This document shows positions 19,844 to 31,338 of a stretch of DNA of 64,000 nt, one piece after another. The stretch is from an uncultured Bacteroidales bacterium (GTDB lineage: Bacteria > Bacteroidota > Bacteroidia > Bacteroidales > GCA-2748055): contig CAVXNX010000025.1 of NCBI GenBank assembly GCA_963763215.1, positions 20,090 through 84,089 of the forward strand, read 5' to 3'. The translations under genes and the position numbers were made by a program. Position 1 is the first letter of the stretch. Each line of letters begins with the position of its first letter. The notes below the pieces were generated by a model. That model searched no databases. It was not told the origin of the DNA and was given only the letters and a program-made list of their open reading frames with translations.

Positions 19844-22800
19844 ATGAAAAGAGACCTGTTCTTAAAAATCACCCTATTCCTGCTGTCCGGGGCGATCGTA
19901 TCGTGTGGACTGACTCCGGATGTTTCCGGAAGCACCGGGAAGAACAAGGCGGACAGTAAGGGCATGAGCGTCCTCATCCGGGATGCCCATATTCTGATGC
20001 ACTCACCCAGGGCTTTCGCAGCGGATGTTGATGCCCGTGCCACTGGCAGGATCCCTTCTATACCATCGACCGTGGCAAATTACCGAAGGCGACCATCAAA
20101 GGCAGCCAGAATATCTGCAGCGGAGATTCCGCACAACTGACCGTTAGCCTTTCCGGCAGCCATCCATGGGAGATCAATGTCGTCGACGGATCAATCGTGA
20201 CAACGTACTCCAATATCCATTCCTCGCCGTTCAAATTCTGGGTAAAGCCCGCCGAAACCACAACCTATACCATCGCCACTGTCGCCGATTCCCACGGACT
20301 GATCAATGCCGGTGACTGGATCGGCCGTTGTGATAGTGAATCCCACGACTGAGGTCTCGATCGTCGATCTGAAAAAAAGCTATAATGTCGATGCGGATCC
20401 CGTCCCGTTGCTGGCCAATGTTTCTGGCGGCACGTTCTCCGGGAAAGGGAGTCTCGGGGCCTCCCTGGTTTTTCGATCCGCATAAAGCCGGAACAAATGA
20501 TTCCCCGTTCACTATCCTGTTCTCCTATACAAATGAATATGGGTGTCCCAGCTCTGCCAGCTCTGAAGTTTACGTGCTGAAAGCGCAGGGAGAGATCTCC
20601 ATCCCGGCCGATTTTTATTGCAGTAGATCATGATGACTTTCACGGCGACCGCATCCAACGTGGCAGGGACCACCGGCCATTTCACTCTGCTGAATACTTC
20701 AGGGGAAGTCGGTGCCAGGCCTTACCGACAATCACAACAACACTGCAAAAGTGGATCCCGGAGTTTTACCGGGCGGGAGTTTCACGATCCTGTATCAGTA
20801 TGTGCAGATGGAAACCACCCTCTCCCTTTCGAAATCATTTCGCGTCGAGGCGGTGAATCAAAGCCGGATATCCTGGTTCCCGATCGCATCAATTACTGCA
20901 GGAATGATGCCTCCTTTCAGCTCGTCAGCAGCATCACCACGGCGGTTTTTTCAGGAAACGGTGTCACGGGTAGCGTCAGCCAGGGATTCACCTTCACGCC
21001 TTCTTCAGTATCAGCGGGAAACACGGTGATCACGTGCACGAATACCTCTACCGGTGGCTGTGTGGCCTCTGCCTCCAAAACTCTGACTATTCACGAGGTA
21101 CCGAAGGCGGATTTCACTACCGACAATACATGCATCAATGCCGCTGATGCCGTTCAGTTCACCAATTCGACGCCGGATAAATCGATTGTTTCGTCCTGGA
21201 ACTGGAATTTCGGTGATCCTCCAAGCGGCTCTGAAAACCAGAGCGGCCAGGAAACACCGCTTCACGTTTATACCTCGGCCGGATCAAAGAACATAAGCCT
21301 TACGGCGATCACAAACGCAGGCTGCGCCGATTCGGTTCGGAAGACCGTGGATTTCAGCCCCCGCCCGTCAGGCAGCTTTTATGTGGCGAACGACTGTTTC
21401 AGGGGAGGCGATTCCACCGTACTGATCAGCAACATGCAACCGGCTTCATCCATATCCACCTACACCTGGAGGCTCCTGCTCTCAAACGGTCAGTCAGAGG
21501 TCATCGGCGACGGGCCGACGGTCAAATACCTCCTCGGGGCGACGGGCGGATACAACATCCAGCTCTATGCCGAAAGTAAACCGGGATGCTCGATAACGTC
21601 GCAACAGACCATTTATCTCAAACCCACCTTATTGCTGGCAGAGACAGGGTATGACCAGGATTTTGAAAATTCCGGGGGACAATGGATCCCGTCGACGGCG
21701 GGCGCGACCGGTTCCCGGGAAATGGGAATACGGAACACCAGCCTTCGAAGGCCTTTCACCGTCCGCTGCATGGTATATCCGCGACAGCCTCAACACCGTC
21801 ACGGGCCCTTCGTATCTTTATTCCCCATGCTTTGATTTCACCGGCGTCGATAAACCGATGCTCCGGATGGATATTTTCGCGGATATGCCAAGGGATCATG
21901 AAGGCGCTGTCCTGCAGGCTTCCTGTAACAACAAGGACTGGACGACCATCGGACAAACGGATGAGGGGATCAACTGGTACAATTCGGACAGGATCGCCCC
22001 ACTGTCGCCGGGCAATGGGACGGGCTGGACCGGCGATACCCTCCGGTCAACGGAATGGGTGGAAGCCAGACACGACCTGGACCTCGTGGCCGATTCCTCG
22101 CGGGTCAGGCTCAGAATCGTTTTTTCAGCTGACCAGGCCACACCGGGCGGCGGTGGTTTTGCCTTCGACAATGTCCGGATAGGCCCGCGCACACGCATCG
22201 CCCTCCTCGAGCATTTCACCAATGGATCCGATGACAGCTGCAAAGCCGTGGATGCCTACGTGAACACAGTGCTTAAGAACAATTACAAAGATATGGTCAA
22301 GCTGGAATACCATACGGATTTCCCGGGCTTTGACCCGTTCAACCAGCAGAACCCAGCCCCGCCCGCTACCCGCTCACTCTATTACGGAATCACCTCTGTT
22401 CCCTATTCTGTTCTTGAGGGCGGGGGAAACGCATTGCAGTTTGACTACCAGACATCCTCACTGTCTGGTAAGGCAGTCGACCGGATCGCACTCACCGATC
22501 CAAAATTCAGGATCATCCTCACTTCGCACGATGATGGAGGGATGATGACGGTGAATGTCACCCTTATTGCCCTGGAGAACCTCGTTGCCGATGAACGGAT
22601 ATTGCAGGTCGCCGTGTACGAAAAACTCATCTCAGACGTACCGACGCAGAACGGGGAATCCCGGTTTCAGAATGTGATCAGGGACTTACTGCCAAATGCG
22701 GCCGGAACCGCCATATTCGACAGCTGGATGAAGGGTGAAACCCGGAACTACTCCTTCACCTGGAATGAACAGAATGTCTATGATCCGGAGATGGTCCGCG

Positions 22801-23156
22801 TGGCAGCTTTCATCCAGAATGACAACACCCGCGAAATATACCAGGTGGCATCGAATGAAACCGGAGGTCCCGCCACCGGCGATGCCGGGCCGTTCACCAG
22901 GCTTCCCGGAGTGGCCATGTATCCGAACCCTGCCAGTGACATCCTGAATATCAGCTTGTCACAGGAGTATGCCACCGGTTTGCGTATTGAATTTTATGAC
23001 CAGCTTGGAAGGATGGTCCGGAACATGCCATGGCACCAGGCGGGGCCGGTGACAACGGCTGACGTCTCGGATCTGAAGCCCGGCCTCTATTACGTCAGGC
23101 TAGTGGACCGCAAGGGAAAAGTCAGGGCGTACCACAAAGTGGTCATCATGCGGTAA
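19844..23156 (+). CDS. Large T9SS-secreted surface protein with Ig-like/SprB-type repeats, a PKD domain and a Por C-terminal sorting domain (at least 5 frameshifts)
   Basis: Fragments are 19844..20140, ~20032..20352, a further unlisted frame ~20310..20485, 20385..20633, 20630..21835 (with 20712..21029) and 21651..23156. The leader is a lipoprotein/signal type (LFLLSGAIVSCG). Repeats carry GGTFSGKGV..FDPHKAGTNDSPFTILFSYTNEYGC. The PKD signature is WNWNFGDPPSG..HVYTSAGSKNISLTA. The T9SS CTD is VAMYPNPASDILNISL..GLYYVRLVD..KVVIMR. Confidence 0.7.
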
Positions 23157-23159
23157 AGG

Positions 23160-24380
23160 TCACTCTTTGACCTGCTTTTCAAGAAGAAGTTTTCCAAAGG
23201 CCTTTCCGAAGGCGAAAAATTTCTCGCTCTTCCCGTTAAAAGGATAGAATTTTTCGCTCAGTCCGTCCATGGCGATGGTCAGCTTCAGGTTTTTCAGATG
23301 GTCTTCGATGAGCTTCACCGCTTCACCGCTCCACCCGTAAGATCCAAAAGCAGCTGCGAGCTTGCCCTTGTCCCGGATCGGGTTGATCACGGAAAATATC
23401 CGGTAGACAGGAAGCAGGGTGTTCTGGTTGATGGTGGGTGACCCGATAATGATGGCATCGCAGCGGGCGATCCTTTCTTCAATATCGCCGAGAAGGGCAT
23501 TCTCAATATCCATCATGTCGACATGGACATCGCCGGCAGCCTTCAGTCCTTCTTCAATTTTCACAGCCATTTCCCGGGTATAACCGTAAGCGGAGATGTA
23601 AGCCAGGAAGACCCGGTTGTTGGACGGACGGGTTTCTTCCAGATAAGCCCTGGCGTATTCTTCAGAGAGATCGACATATTTTTTCCAGTTCGTTCGCAGG
23701 ATCGGACCATGCCCGGGGCAGATGACGGAGATATCGAGGGGACGGATCTTCTCGATGGCCTTCAGCATGAATTTGCTGAACGGTTTGAGAATGACATCGA
23801 AATAATAGTGAAAAGCCTTGTCATAATTTCCCACCAGGTCATCGTACATCCCGGCATTACAGAAGTGAGCGCCGAAGGAATCACAGGTGAACAGGACGCG
23901 GTCCTCTTCCAGGTAAGTGTAGATCGTGTCGGGCCAGTGCAGATTGGGAGCGCCGATAACCCTGAGTTTTTTATTCCCCAGATCGAGCACGTCGCCGCCT
24001 TTAACCTGCAAAGACTTGAAGGGCCTCCCGACGATTTCACCGAGGTAGTTGAGTGCCTGACCGCTGCCGACCACCGTGGCATGGGGAGCCAGATCGAGAA
24101 GGTGCCTGACATTCCCCGAATGGTCGGGTTCGGTATGATTGCAGACGATATATTCGATCTCCTCCGGGTTGCAGACCTGCTTTACTTTCGCAAGATAAAC
24201 ATCCCTGAAGGTCTCCTTCGACGTCTCAATAATCGTCTTTTTTTCGGCATTGATGAAATAGGAATTGTAGGTCGTTCCGTATTCAGTGGTCATCACGATG
24301 TCAAAGGTCACGATGTCTTTGTCCAGGACACCGATCCATTTGACGTCATCGGTAACGGGAAGGATGCTGTTATCGTTCAT
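23160..24380 (-). CDS. fprA: FprA-family A-type flavodiiron protein (metallo-beta-lactamase plus flavodoxin domains)
   Basis: Intact ORF with the di-iron ligand block NHTEPDHSG and a C-terminal flavodoxin-like domain (IIIGSPTINQN). The probable start is MNDNSILPV at 24380. Confidence 0.85.
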   Translation of the reverse strand: MNDNSILPVTDDVKWIGVLDKDIVTFDIVMTTEYGTTYNSYFINAEKKTIIETSKETFRDVYLAKVKQVCNPEEIEYIVCNHTEPDHSGNVRHLLDLAPHATVVGSGQALNYLGEIVGRPFKSLQVKGGDVLDLGNKKLRVIGAPNLHWPDTIYTYLEEDRVLFTCDSFGAHFCNAGMYDDLVGNYDKAFHYYFDVILKPFSKFMLKAIEKIRPLDISVICPGHGPILRTNWKKYVDLSEEYARAYLEETRPSNNRVFLAYISAYGYTREMAVKIEEGLKAAGDVHVDMMDIENALLGDIEERIARCDAIIIGSPTINQNTLLPVYRIFSVINPIRDKGKLAAAFGSYGWSGEAVKLIEDHLKNLKLTIAMDGLSEKFYPFNGKSEKFFAFGKAFGKLLLEKQVKE

Positions 24381-24497
24381 TTCTGGTCGGCGGATTATGT
24401 ATGGATGCAAAAATAGAAAATAACCGGCATCGGTCAATAAGAAATTCAGCAGCGTACGGAAATTCTGGTGATCGTTCCCTTCGCCGTCAGCCTTTGT

Positions 24498-25166
24498 TCA
24501 GGGCAACAGAATGGCTACCGGGGTGAGGTTACCCCTGACTTTCTGACCGATTTTCACAGGCACTTCGGTTCCGGGAGGGAGAAAGAGATCGACCCGGGAA
24601 CCAAATTTGATGAATCCCAGTTCATCCCCTGTGCGGACCTTCTGTTTTTCACGGGCATAACAGACGACGCGACGGGCCACGTAACCGGCGATCTGTCTGA
24701 CGAGCACTTCCTTCTTCCCCTGAAGTTCCAGAACGACCGATGTCCTTTCATTCAGGACGGATGATTTCGGATGGCGGGCAACCAGATATTTGCCCGGGTG
24801 GTATCGGTAATAGCTGATGGTTCCGGCCGCGGGGTACCAGTTCATATGAACATCCCATACCGACATGAAAATGGATACCTGCAGTCTCTTATCCTCGAAA
24901 TATTCATCCTCAGAGGTTTCTTCAATGGCCACCACCGTTCCGTCGGCGGGTGCATAAAGGACGCCTTCGTCGTGCGCCACCTTCCTTGAAGGCTTCCGGA
25001 AGAAGCGAAGGACAAAGAGCAGGAACAGGACACTGGCCGTGAGCAGGATCCAGAAGATCGCACTCCACCAACCCCAAAGGTACCAGCTAAGCAGGTTCAG
25101 GACAGCCAGAAAGAGGGTGAGGGTCATGATGATCCTGTACCCTTCATGATGAATCCGAATAGTCAT
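24498..25166 (-). CDS. psd: Phosphatidylserine decarboxylase proenzyme (short, membrane-anchored type)
   Basis: Intact 222-aa ORF with N-terminal TM helices and the self-cleavage region GFIKFGSRVDLFLP. Confidence 0.8.
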   Translation of the reverse strand: MTIRIHHEGYRIIMTLTLFLAVLNLLSWYLWGWWSAIFWILLTASVLFLLFVLRFFRKPSRKVAHDEGVLYAPADGTVVAIEETSEDEYFEDKRLQVSIFMSVWDVHMNWYPAAGTISYYRYHPGKYLVARHPKSSVLNERTSVVLELQGKKEVLVRQIAGYVARRVVCYAREKQKVRTGDELGFIKFGSRVDLFLPPGTEVPVKIGQKVRGNLTPVAILLP

Positions 25167-25169
25167 GAT

Positions 25170-25979
25170 TTACAAAATAACAGAAAGGTAAAGATAAACA
25201 AATGGAATGGAAAACAGAACCGAGTCAAACCGGTCAAGGATCCCCCCGTGACCCGGGAGAAATTTGCCGGAATCTTTCACCCCGGCATTCCGTTTCATGG
25301 CCGACTCCATAAAATCGCCAATGGTGCCTGTCACCACGATGATCAGCGCCATTCCCGCCCACTGCCCAAACGACATAACGGGGAAAAGGCGGGAAACGGG
25401 CCAGGACATCCCCAGAGCGAAGAGTGTTCCTCCGGCAAAGCCTTCCCATGACTTTTTTGGTGAAACAGCAGGGAAGATCCGGTGTTTCCCGGTGAGCATC
25501 CCAATGATGTAGGCAAAGGAATCATAGGTCCAGAGCAGGATAAAAAAACCGAACATGAGCCGGTAATCATACCTTCCGCCATTGAAACAGATAAACGGTA
25601 CGAGTGACAAGGGCAGGAGAATATAGAAAAGCCCGGATGATGCGGATACGACGGTTTCCATAAATTTCCCGGGGACGAGAAAGAGGATAAAAGCCTGGAG
25701 GATCAGGATGACGGCGACATCGGCCAGCATATACTTCAGACCGATCACTCCCGCTGCCGCGAGAAAATTGATCACGAGGATCAGAGCCCCGCCGAAGATT
25801 GCGGTGATCTTCAGCGGGAGTCTGCCTGTGTAGGGGTTCAGATTGAAGAATTCAGCAAGCCCGAGAACCATGACGAAGAGGATCAGGGCCAGCAGGGTAT
25901 AGGCATGATACCAAATGGCGGCCAGCATCACCGCGACAAATAGCCCTCCGCTGAGAGTGCGTTGGATGAATTCTTTCAA
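25170..25979 (-). CDS. cdsA: Phosphatidate cytidylyltransferase
   Basis: Intact 269-aa polytopic ORF with the signature ESAMKRNAGVKDSGKFLPGHGGILDRFDS. Confidence 0.85.
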   Translation of the reverse strand: MKEFIQRTLSGGLFVAVMLAAIWYHAYTLLALILFVMVLGLAEFFNLNPYTGRLPLKITAIFGGALILVINFLAAAGVIGLKYMLADVAVILILQAFILFLVPGKFMETVVSASSGLFYILLPLSLVPFICFNGGRYDYRLMFGFFILLWTYDSFAYIIGMLTGKHRIFPAVSPKKSWEGFAGGTLFALGMSWPVSRLFPVMSFGQWAGMALIIVVTGTIGDFMESAMKRNAGVKDSGKFLPGHGGILDRFDSVLFSIPFVYLYLSVIL

Positions 25980-26179
25980 CTTTCAAATTTCTTAATCAGA
26001 ATTTTAGCTTTGATCACATCATCCCTGTTCACATACACTTCAATGCTCCCGAATAAGTAGTTTGAATCCTGCTTATTAATGGAGAAAGCGGCAATTCCGT
26101 TATCAGATAAAAATTGCTTCAGCATTTCTGCATGGAAAACCTGGTTTGTCGAATAAACCATGACCAAGTCGTCCCTCAT
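25976..26179 (-). CDS. Small DUF2007-like protein
   Basis: Intact 67-aa ORF wedged between ftsH and cdsA, with a 4-nt overlap onto cdsA. The pattern (..VFHAEMLKQFLSDNGIAAF.....VYVNRDDVIKAKILI) resembles the putative signal-transducing DUF2007 fold. Confidence 0.4.
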   Translation of the reverse strand: MRDDLVMVYSTNQVFHAEMLKQFLSDNGIAAFSINKQDSNYLFGSIEVYVNRDDVIKAKILIKKFES

Positions 26180-26181
26180 CG

Positions 26182-28301
26182 TTATGCGTTAAATTCGTCC
26201 TTTGGATCATCCGAAGGAGCAGGTGCGGCCGGTTTTTTGCCATTTTTTGCCGTCAGTGTGACGGCCTCATCGGAAATGGCCGTGTCGGAGGTTGCTACGT
26301 CACCCGTCTTTTTGGATTTTCTGGCAGCGCTCTTCCGTTCAACGGCGGCTTTTTCCTTTTCTTCCGGTGACCCCCCGATCCGGGGGCCGAAAATCTTCTC
26401 AAGGTCCTCACTGAAGATCACCTCCTTATCCAGGAGTTTTTCTGCCAGCTCCGTCAGTCCTTTCTTGTTATCCTGGAGCACCTTTTTTGCGCGTTCATAC
26501 TGGATGTCCACAAGCTGCTTGACTTCCTTGTCGATTAACTCAGAGGTTTTCTCAGAATAGGGCTTGGTGAAGGCATAGTCACCCTGTCCGCTTGAATCAT
26601 AATAACTGAGATTCCCCACGAGCTTGCTCATTCCGAAATAGGTGATCATGGCATAGGCTTGCTTGGTAACCCGTTCGAGGTCGTTCAGCGCTCCGGTGGA
26701 GACCTTTGCGAAATTCACTTCTTCCGAAGCCCGTCCGCCAAGGATGGCGCACATCTCATCGAGCATTTGCTCGGTGGTGGTAATTTGACGTTCCTCCGGG
26801 AGATACCATGCAGCACCGAGGGCGCGGCCGCGGGGGATGATGGTCACTTTGACCAGCGGATTGGCATATTTGAGCAGCCAGCTGATAGTGGCATGACCGG
26901 CTTCATGGTAGGCAATGGTTTTCTTTTCCTCAGCGGAAATGATCTTGTTCTTCTTCTCCAGCCCGCCGATGATCCGGTCGATGGCATCGAGAAAGTCCTG
27001 TCGTCCGATTTTCTTCTTGTTCTTCCGGGCGGCGATAAGGGCCGATTCGTTACAGACATTGGCGATATCGGCTCCGGAGAACCCCGGGGTTTGTTTGGCC
27101 AAGAAATGCACATCGATGTCTTTGTCCAGCTTCAGGGGCCGCATATGGACCTTGAAGATCTCCTTCCGTTCGTTCAGGTCGGGAAGTTCGACGAGAATCT
27201 GGCGGTCAAAACGACCGGCTCTCAGGAGGGCGCGGTCGAGCACGTCGGCACGGTTGGTGGCAGCCAGGATGATGACCCCGCTGTTGGTTCCGAAACCGTC
27301 CATTTCAGTCAACAGCTGGTTCAACGTATTTTCGCGTTCATCGTTCGAACCGAAATTCGGATTCCGTCCACGGGCGCGGCCCACGGCATCGATCTCATCG
27401 ATAAAGACGATGCACGGCGCTTTTTCCTTGGCCTGCTTGAAAAGGTCACGGACCCTTGATGCACCGACACCGACAAACATTTCCACAAAATCGGAGCCTG
27501 AAATGGAAAAGAAGGGAACATGGGCTTCACCGGCAACGGCTTTGGCCAGAAGGGTTTTTCCTGTTCCCGGAGGACCCACAAGCAAGGCGCCTTTGGGGAT
27601 CTTCCCGCCGAGGTCGGTATATTTTTTGGGATTTTTCAGGAAATCGACGATCTCCTTGACTTCCATCTTGGCTTCTTCAAGACCGGCAACATCCTTGAAG
27701 TCAGATTTTGACATTCGTGTTCTTATCGAAAATCTGGGCCCTGGATTTCCCCACATTGAATATACTGCCGGCGGCACCTCCGGCTCCGGCACTCATCCTC
27801 CGGAATATGACCATCCAGATCACCACCAGGAGGATGATCGGAATGAGCCAGCTCAGGATCTCCCCGAAGTAATTATTCCGCGTTTCCGTTTTAACAGTCC
27901 GGCCAACGGTCCGGCCCGACTTCCTTCTGAAGATCGGTGAGCGTCTGTGCAAACTGATCCTGTGAAAAAATGTTGTAGACATACTTCGGGACTCTCCTGT
28001 CCGAAATTGCCAAAACCCTTTATGGGCATTGTTCTGCCGTGGAATCATTCTTGAGAAAAACTTCCACCGTTTCCTTGTTCACCACAATCAATTTGGAGAC
28101 CTTATCCTGCTTGATCAGTGATTCAAGTTTTAACAGATCAATTTCCTCGGGCTTGCTTCCGAAATTAAGAAACTGCAAGACTGAGAAATGCCACAGCTAT
28201 AAGAATATAAATCCAGTAGCCTCCGAATTTCGGTTTCTGAGGCCCGCCCGGGAGTAGAACTCTTGTTACGAGCTGTTATTCATTTTATTATTTTCATTCA
28301 T
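26182..28301 (-). CDS. ftsH: ATP-dependent zinc metalloprotease FtsH (several frameshifts in the N-terminal third)
   Basis: ORF 26182..27792 carries the AAA+ and protease core ([37 protein letters not shown]). ORF 27701..28048 carries the TM2 region ([35 protein letters not shown]). The first TM and periplasmic part (..[18 protein letters not shown]..) is readable only by changing frame several times between 28040 and 28301. Confidence 0.85.
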
Positions 28302-28324
28302 TGTGTTGTAATCCTTATTCTCAT

Positions 28325-28696
28325 TTAGTTATCTTCATGCTTTGTGATCACGCCGTCAGCCCATAAATCTTCGAGATGGTAGAACAGGCGTTGTTCCCTG
28401 AGAAAAATATGAACGACAATGCCAGAAAAATCCATCAGCACCCATGAGCTGTTTTGCTCCCCTTCGATGTGATCAACGGAAATATTCAGAATTTCCTTTG
28501 TTTTTTTCCTGACCTCATCGGTGATAGCCCCAACCTGAGTGGTAGAATCTCCATGGCAAATGACAAAATAATCACAAACTGAATTATTTATTTTTGTCAG
28601 ATCTATACTAACAATTTCCTTGCCTTTTTTACTTTTCATAGTTTCAATAATGACATCGAGAAGTTGTTCTTCCTGTTCGCTATCCTTTTTTTTCAT
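28325..28696 (-). CDS. rsfS: Ribosome silencing factor RsfS
   Basis: Intact 123-aa ORF (..VCDYFVICHGDSTTQVGAI..WVLMDFSGIVVHIF..ERLFYHLEDLW) in the conserved position upstream of ftsH. Confidence 0.85.
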   Translation of the reverse strand: MKKKDSEQEEQLLDVIIETMKSKKGKEIVSIDLTKINNSVCDYFVICHGDSTTQVGAITDEVRKKTKEILNISVDHIEGEQNSSWVLMDFSGIVVHIFLREQRLFYHLEDLWADGVITKHEDN

Positions 28697-28718
28697 TCAA
28701 AAATTTTTATCTCCTTTG

Positions 28719-28726
28719 CAAAGGTA
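28719..28726 (-). promoter_or_regulatory. -7 promoter box (TAnnTTTG) for the rsfS-ftsH operon
   Basis: The minus strand reads TACCTTTG, 23 nt upstream of the rsfS ATG. The box is embedded in the 12-bp palindrome CCTTTGCAAAGG (28713-28724). Confidence 0.4.
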
Positions 28727-28871
28727 ATCATTTTATCCGTTCAGGGCTCAGCTCATCCGGTATCAATCATCTGGATCAGATGGACATTAATGGCAAGAAC
28801 AATGATATGAAAATCCCGGACTTAGAGTAACATTAGCAGAAGAAATTTGTTTTAAAATAAACATAACGGAA

Positions 28872-29617
28872 ATGGCCACAGATAAGTATGATATCATTTA
28901 TCTCCCCGAAACGGATTCGACAAATTTACAGGCCATCTGCCCTTTTGTCAGAAGACAGGGATAAAAGATCCTTTTGTGGTCAGAACAGATTTCCAGGAGA
29001 AGGGCAGGGGCCAGTCGGATAATATCTGGATCTCGGAAAAGGGAAAGAACCTCCTGTGCAGTATTGCCGTTTACCCCGACTTACCTTGATGTCTCCAATC
29101 ATTTTTACCTGTCGAAAATAGCCGCCCTTGCCCTCCGTGATACGCTCAGCGATTATTTCGCCGGGGCTCAGATCAAATGGCCCAATGATATTCTTGTCAA
29201 TGAACGGAAGATCGCCGGGATCCTCATTGAAAACACCCTGCAGAATCAAAAAGTCCTGAGCAGCGTGATGGGGATCGGTCTAAATGTGAACCAGACGTCT
29301 TTCCCGGAATTTTCACCGGAAGCAACAAGCATGCTTCTCGAAACAGGTTCGGCACAGGATGTAGATGAAGTGATGCAAATCCTGATCGACCGGTTCGATC
29401 ACTGGTATGGCGTTCTCGCTGAAAAACGATGGCAGACGATCGATTCCGGCTTATCTCGCCGGCATGTACAGGTACAACAGCTACGCCACTTACCGGGTCG
29501 GGCGAATATGAATTCAGGGCAAAGATCGCCGGTGTGGAATCCGACGGCCACCTGTTGCTCGAAACCGAGAATAAAGAAGTGCTGAAGTTCGAATTCAAAG
29601 AGGTGAACTTCGTGTAG
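28872..29617 (+). CDS. birA: Biotin--[acetyl-CoA-carboxylase] ligase, short form without an HTH (at least 3 frameshifts)
   Basis: ATG 28872 gives MATDKYDIIYLPETDSTN. ORF 28974..29585 has ..FQEKGRGQ-like, KWPNDILVNERKIAGILIE and GIGLNVNQ. ORF 29429..29617 supplies the C-terminal SH3-like end (..GHLLLETENKEVLKFEFKEVNFV). Confidence 0.7.
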
Positions 29618-29667
29618 CCCCGGGCTCTTTAGGGAAGAAGGGGACGAAACCGGTCTGAGGCAAATTG

Positions 29668-30072
29668 TCAGAACGGGATCTTCTCCAGGTGATCCACAAT
29701 GGTATCGACAAACTCTTGCAGGGGTTTCCTGACCATCCCCATCATGAGCTTGTTGACATTGGGCTCGACGGTAATTTTTACCCGCGTATCATAATCGGCC
29801 ATGCCTTTCAGCTGGATCCAGAGGGTGAAACCCACCGGTGTCCCCGATTCGGAAACGATCTTGATCAGTTTGTAGGGTTCCTTCTCGGTGATCCTCAGCC
29901 CGGCTTTCCCAATGCCCTCCACACTGAACGAACAGGAGTCTCCTTCGGATGAAAAATTTTTCACCTTGTCCTCCGGCACCAGTTGTTTATAATTATCAAA
30001 GTCGGAAAGAAATCCGAATACCCTCTCGTCACAATGCTCTATTTTTCCAATTCTGCTTTCGATTTTACTCAT
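29668..30072 (-). CDS. Small SRPBCC/START-like hypothetical protein
   Basis: Intact ORF. The start MSKIESRIG at 30072 forms an ATGA overlap with the pyrE stop. I recognise no catalytic motif; the fold call is tentative. Confidence 0.35.
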   Translation of the reverse strand: MSKIESRIGKIEHCDERVFGFLSDFDNYKQLVPEDKVKNFSSEGDSCSFSVEGIGKAGLRITEKEPYKLIKIVSESGTPVGFTLWIQLKGMADYDTRVKITVEPNVNKLMMGMVRKPLQEFVDTIVDHLEKIPF

Positions 30073-30710
30073 GGCATGTATTTTTTCATCCAGTTTTCGG
30101 GATCTTTCCTCCACATTTCCAGGACCTGCACCTGGTTCCTGGTAATGGATCCGGTTTTCAGGGCGAGGTCGAGAAGGGCCGTATAGTCACTCAACGTATA
30201 GAGTTCACAGCCAGCCTCGTGGAAATTTTTCGCGGCCACGGGGAACCCGTAGGTGAAGATGGCGACCATCCCGGTCACGACGGCTCCGGCTCCGCGCATG
30301 GCATTCAGTGCTTTCAGACTGCTTCCGCCGGTAGACACAAGGTCCTCCAAAATGACCGCTTTCTGCCCGGCCCTCAGTTCACCTTCGATGAGATTTTCCA
30401 TCCCGTGATTTTTTGCAGCCGAGCGGATATACACGAAAGGAAGTTTCATGGCATCCGCCACGAGCGCTCCCTGGGCAATGGCCCCGGTGGCAACACCGGC
30501 AATCACATCGGGTTTTCCGAATTTCTCCCCGATGAGCTCCACGAAGGCGTCCCTGATGTAGCCCCGGATTTCAGGATACGAAAGTGTCTTCCGGTTATCG
30601 CAGTAGATGGGCGATTTCCAGCCTGAAGCCCAGGTAAAGGGATTTGCAGGTTCTAATTTTATTGCGTTACTTTGCAGCAGGTAGCTGGCAATCTTTTCTT
30701 TCTGATTCAT
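30069..30710 (-). CDS. pyrE: Orotate phosphoribosyltransferase
   Basis: Intact from MNQKEKIASYLL (30710). The PRPP-binding loop is VILEDLVSTGGSS. Confidence 0.85.
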   Translation of the reverse strand: MNQKEKIASYLLQSNAIKLEPANPFTWASGWKSPIYCDNRKTLSYPEIRGYIRDAFVELIGEKFGKPDVIAGVATGAIAQGALVADAMKLPFVYIRSAAKNHGMENLIEGELRAGQKAVILEDLVSTGGSSLKALNAMRGAGAVVTGMVAIFTYGFPVAAKNFHEAGCELYTLSDYTALLDLALKTGSITRNQVQVLEMWRKDPENWMKKYMP

Positions 30711-30841
30711 AACGCGGCAAATGTATAAAGTTTTTTTCAGGGATCGAATTGTTTTTTTCCCCAACGATTTCCCGGATGCCTTCAAAAAACATACCGGCTT
30801 ATTTTATCGTTACGGGAACAGGGACGAATTGAAGGCCCTTA

Positions 30842-31338
30842 TTGATGCCTTTTTCGACCTTGAAAAGATCCCGCGTCCTCTACATCACCCACCCTGATCC
30901 CGGGTTCATCCGTGAAGAATTCAAATCCTGTTTCAGGCTGATCCGGGCTGCCGGAGGGGTGGTCAGAAACATCCGGGGCGAGATCATGATCATCAAACGC
31001 CACGGCCTTTGGGACCTTCCCAAGGGAAAAATGGAACCGGATGAAATCGCCTGAAGAGACTGCCCTCCGTGAAGTACAAGAAGAATGCAGCATCGAGGGA
31101 CTGAAACTCGGCGAACCCATCACCCTCACCTACCATACCTACATCCTTGACGGTGAACCCGTGCTGAAAGAAATCACCTGGTTTGACATGGCCACCGCCG
31201 ACGATAGGCACACCGGAACCCCAAAGGAAAGAAGATATCACTGAAGCTGTCTGGTTCAAACCCCGTGATGTCGCCACGATCACCGACAATACCTACCCGT
31301 CCATCATCGAAGTCCTGACCGCCTTCGGCATCCTTTGA
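30842..31338 (+). CDS. NUDIX hydrolase (two frameshifts)
   Basis: The fragments are 30842..31054, 31041..31244 and a third frame running to the TGA at 31336-31338. The Nudix box is readable across the first junction (GKMEPDE | PEETALREVQEECSI). The tail is ..EEDITEAVWFKPRD..VLTAFGIL. Confidence 0.7.

Noticed and set aside
26659-27940. 266-aa and 341-aa plus-strand ORFs over ftsH, and the similar 23523..24416 over fprA and 2906..3772 over GH92
   Set aside because: These are shadow ORFs antisense to genes with unmistakable catalytic motifs.
28713-28724. The 12-bp perfect palindrome CCTTTGCAAAGG in the rsfS/birA divergent region as a BirA operator
   Set aside because: This BirA is the short form without the N-terminal HTH, so it should not bind DNA. 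The palindrome is largely explained by a TAnnTTTG -7 box read on the minus strand.
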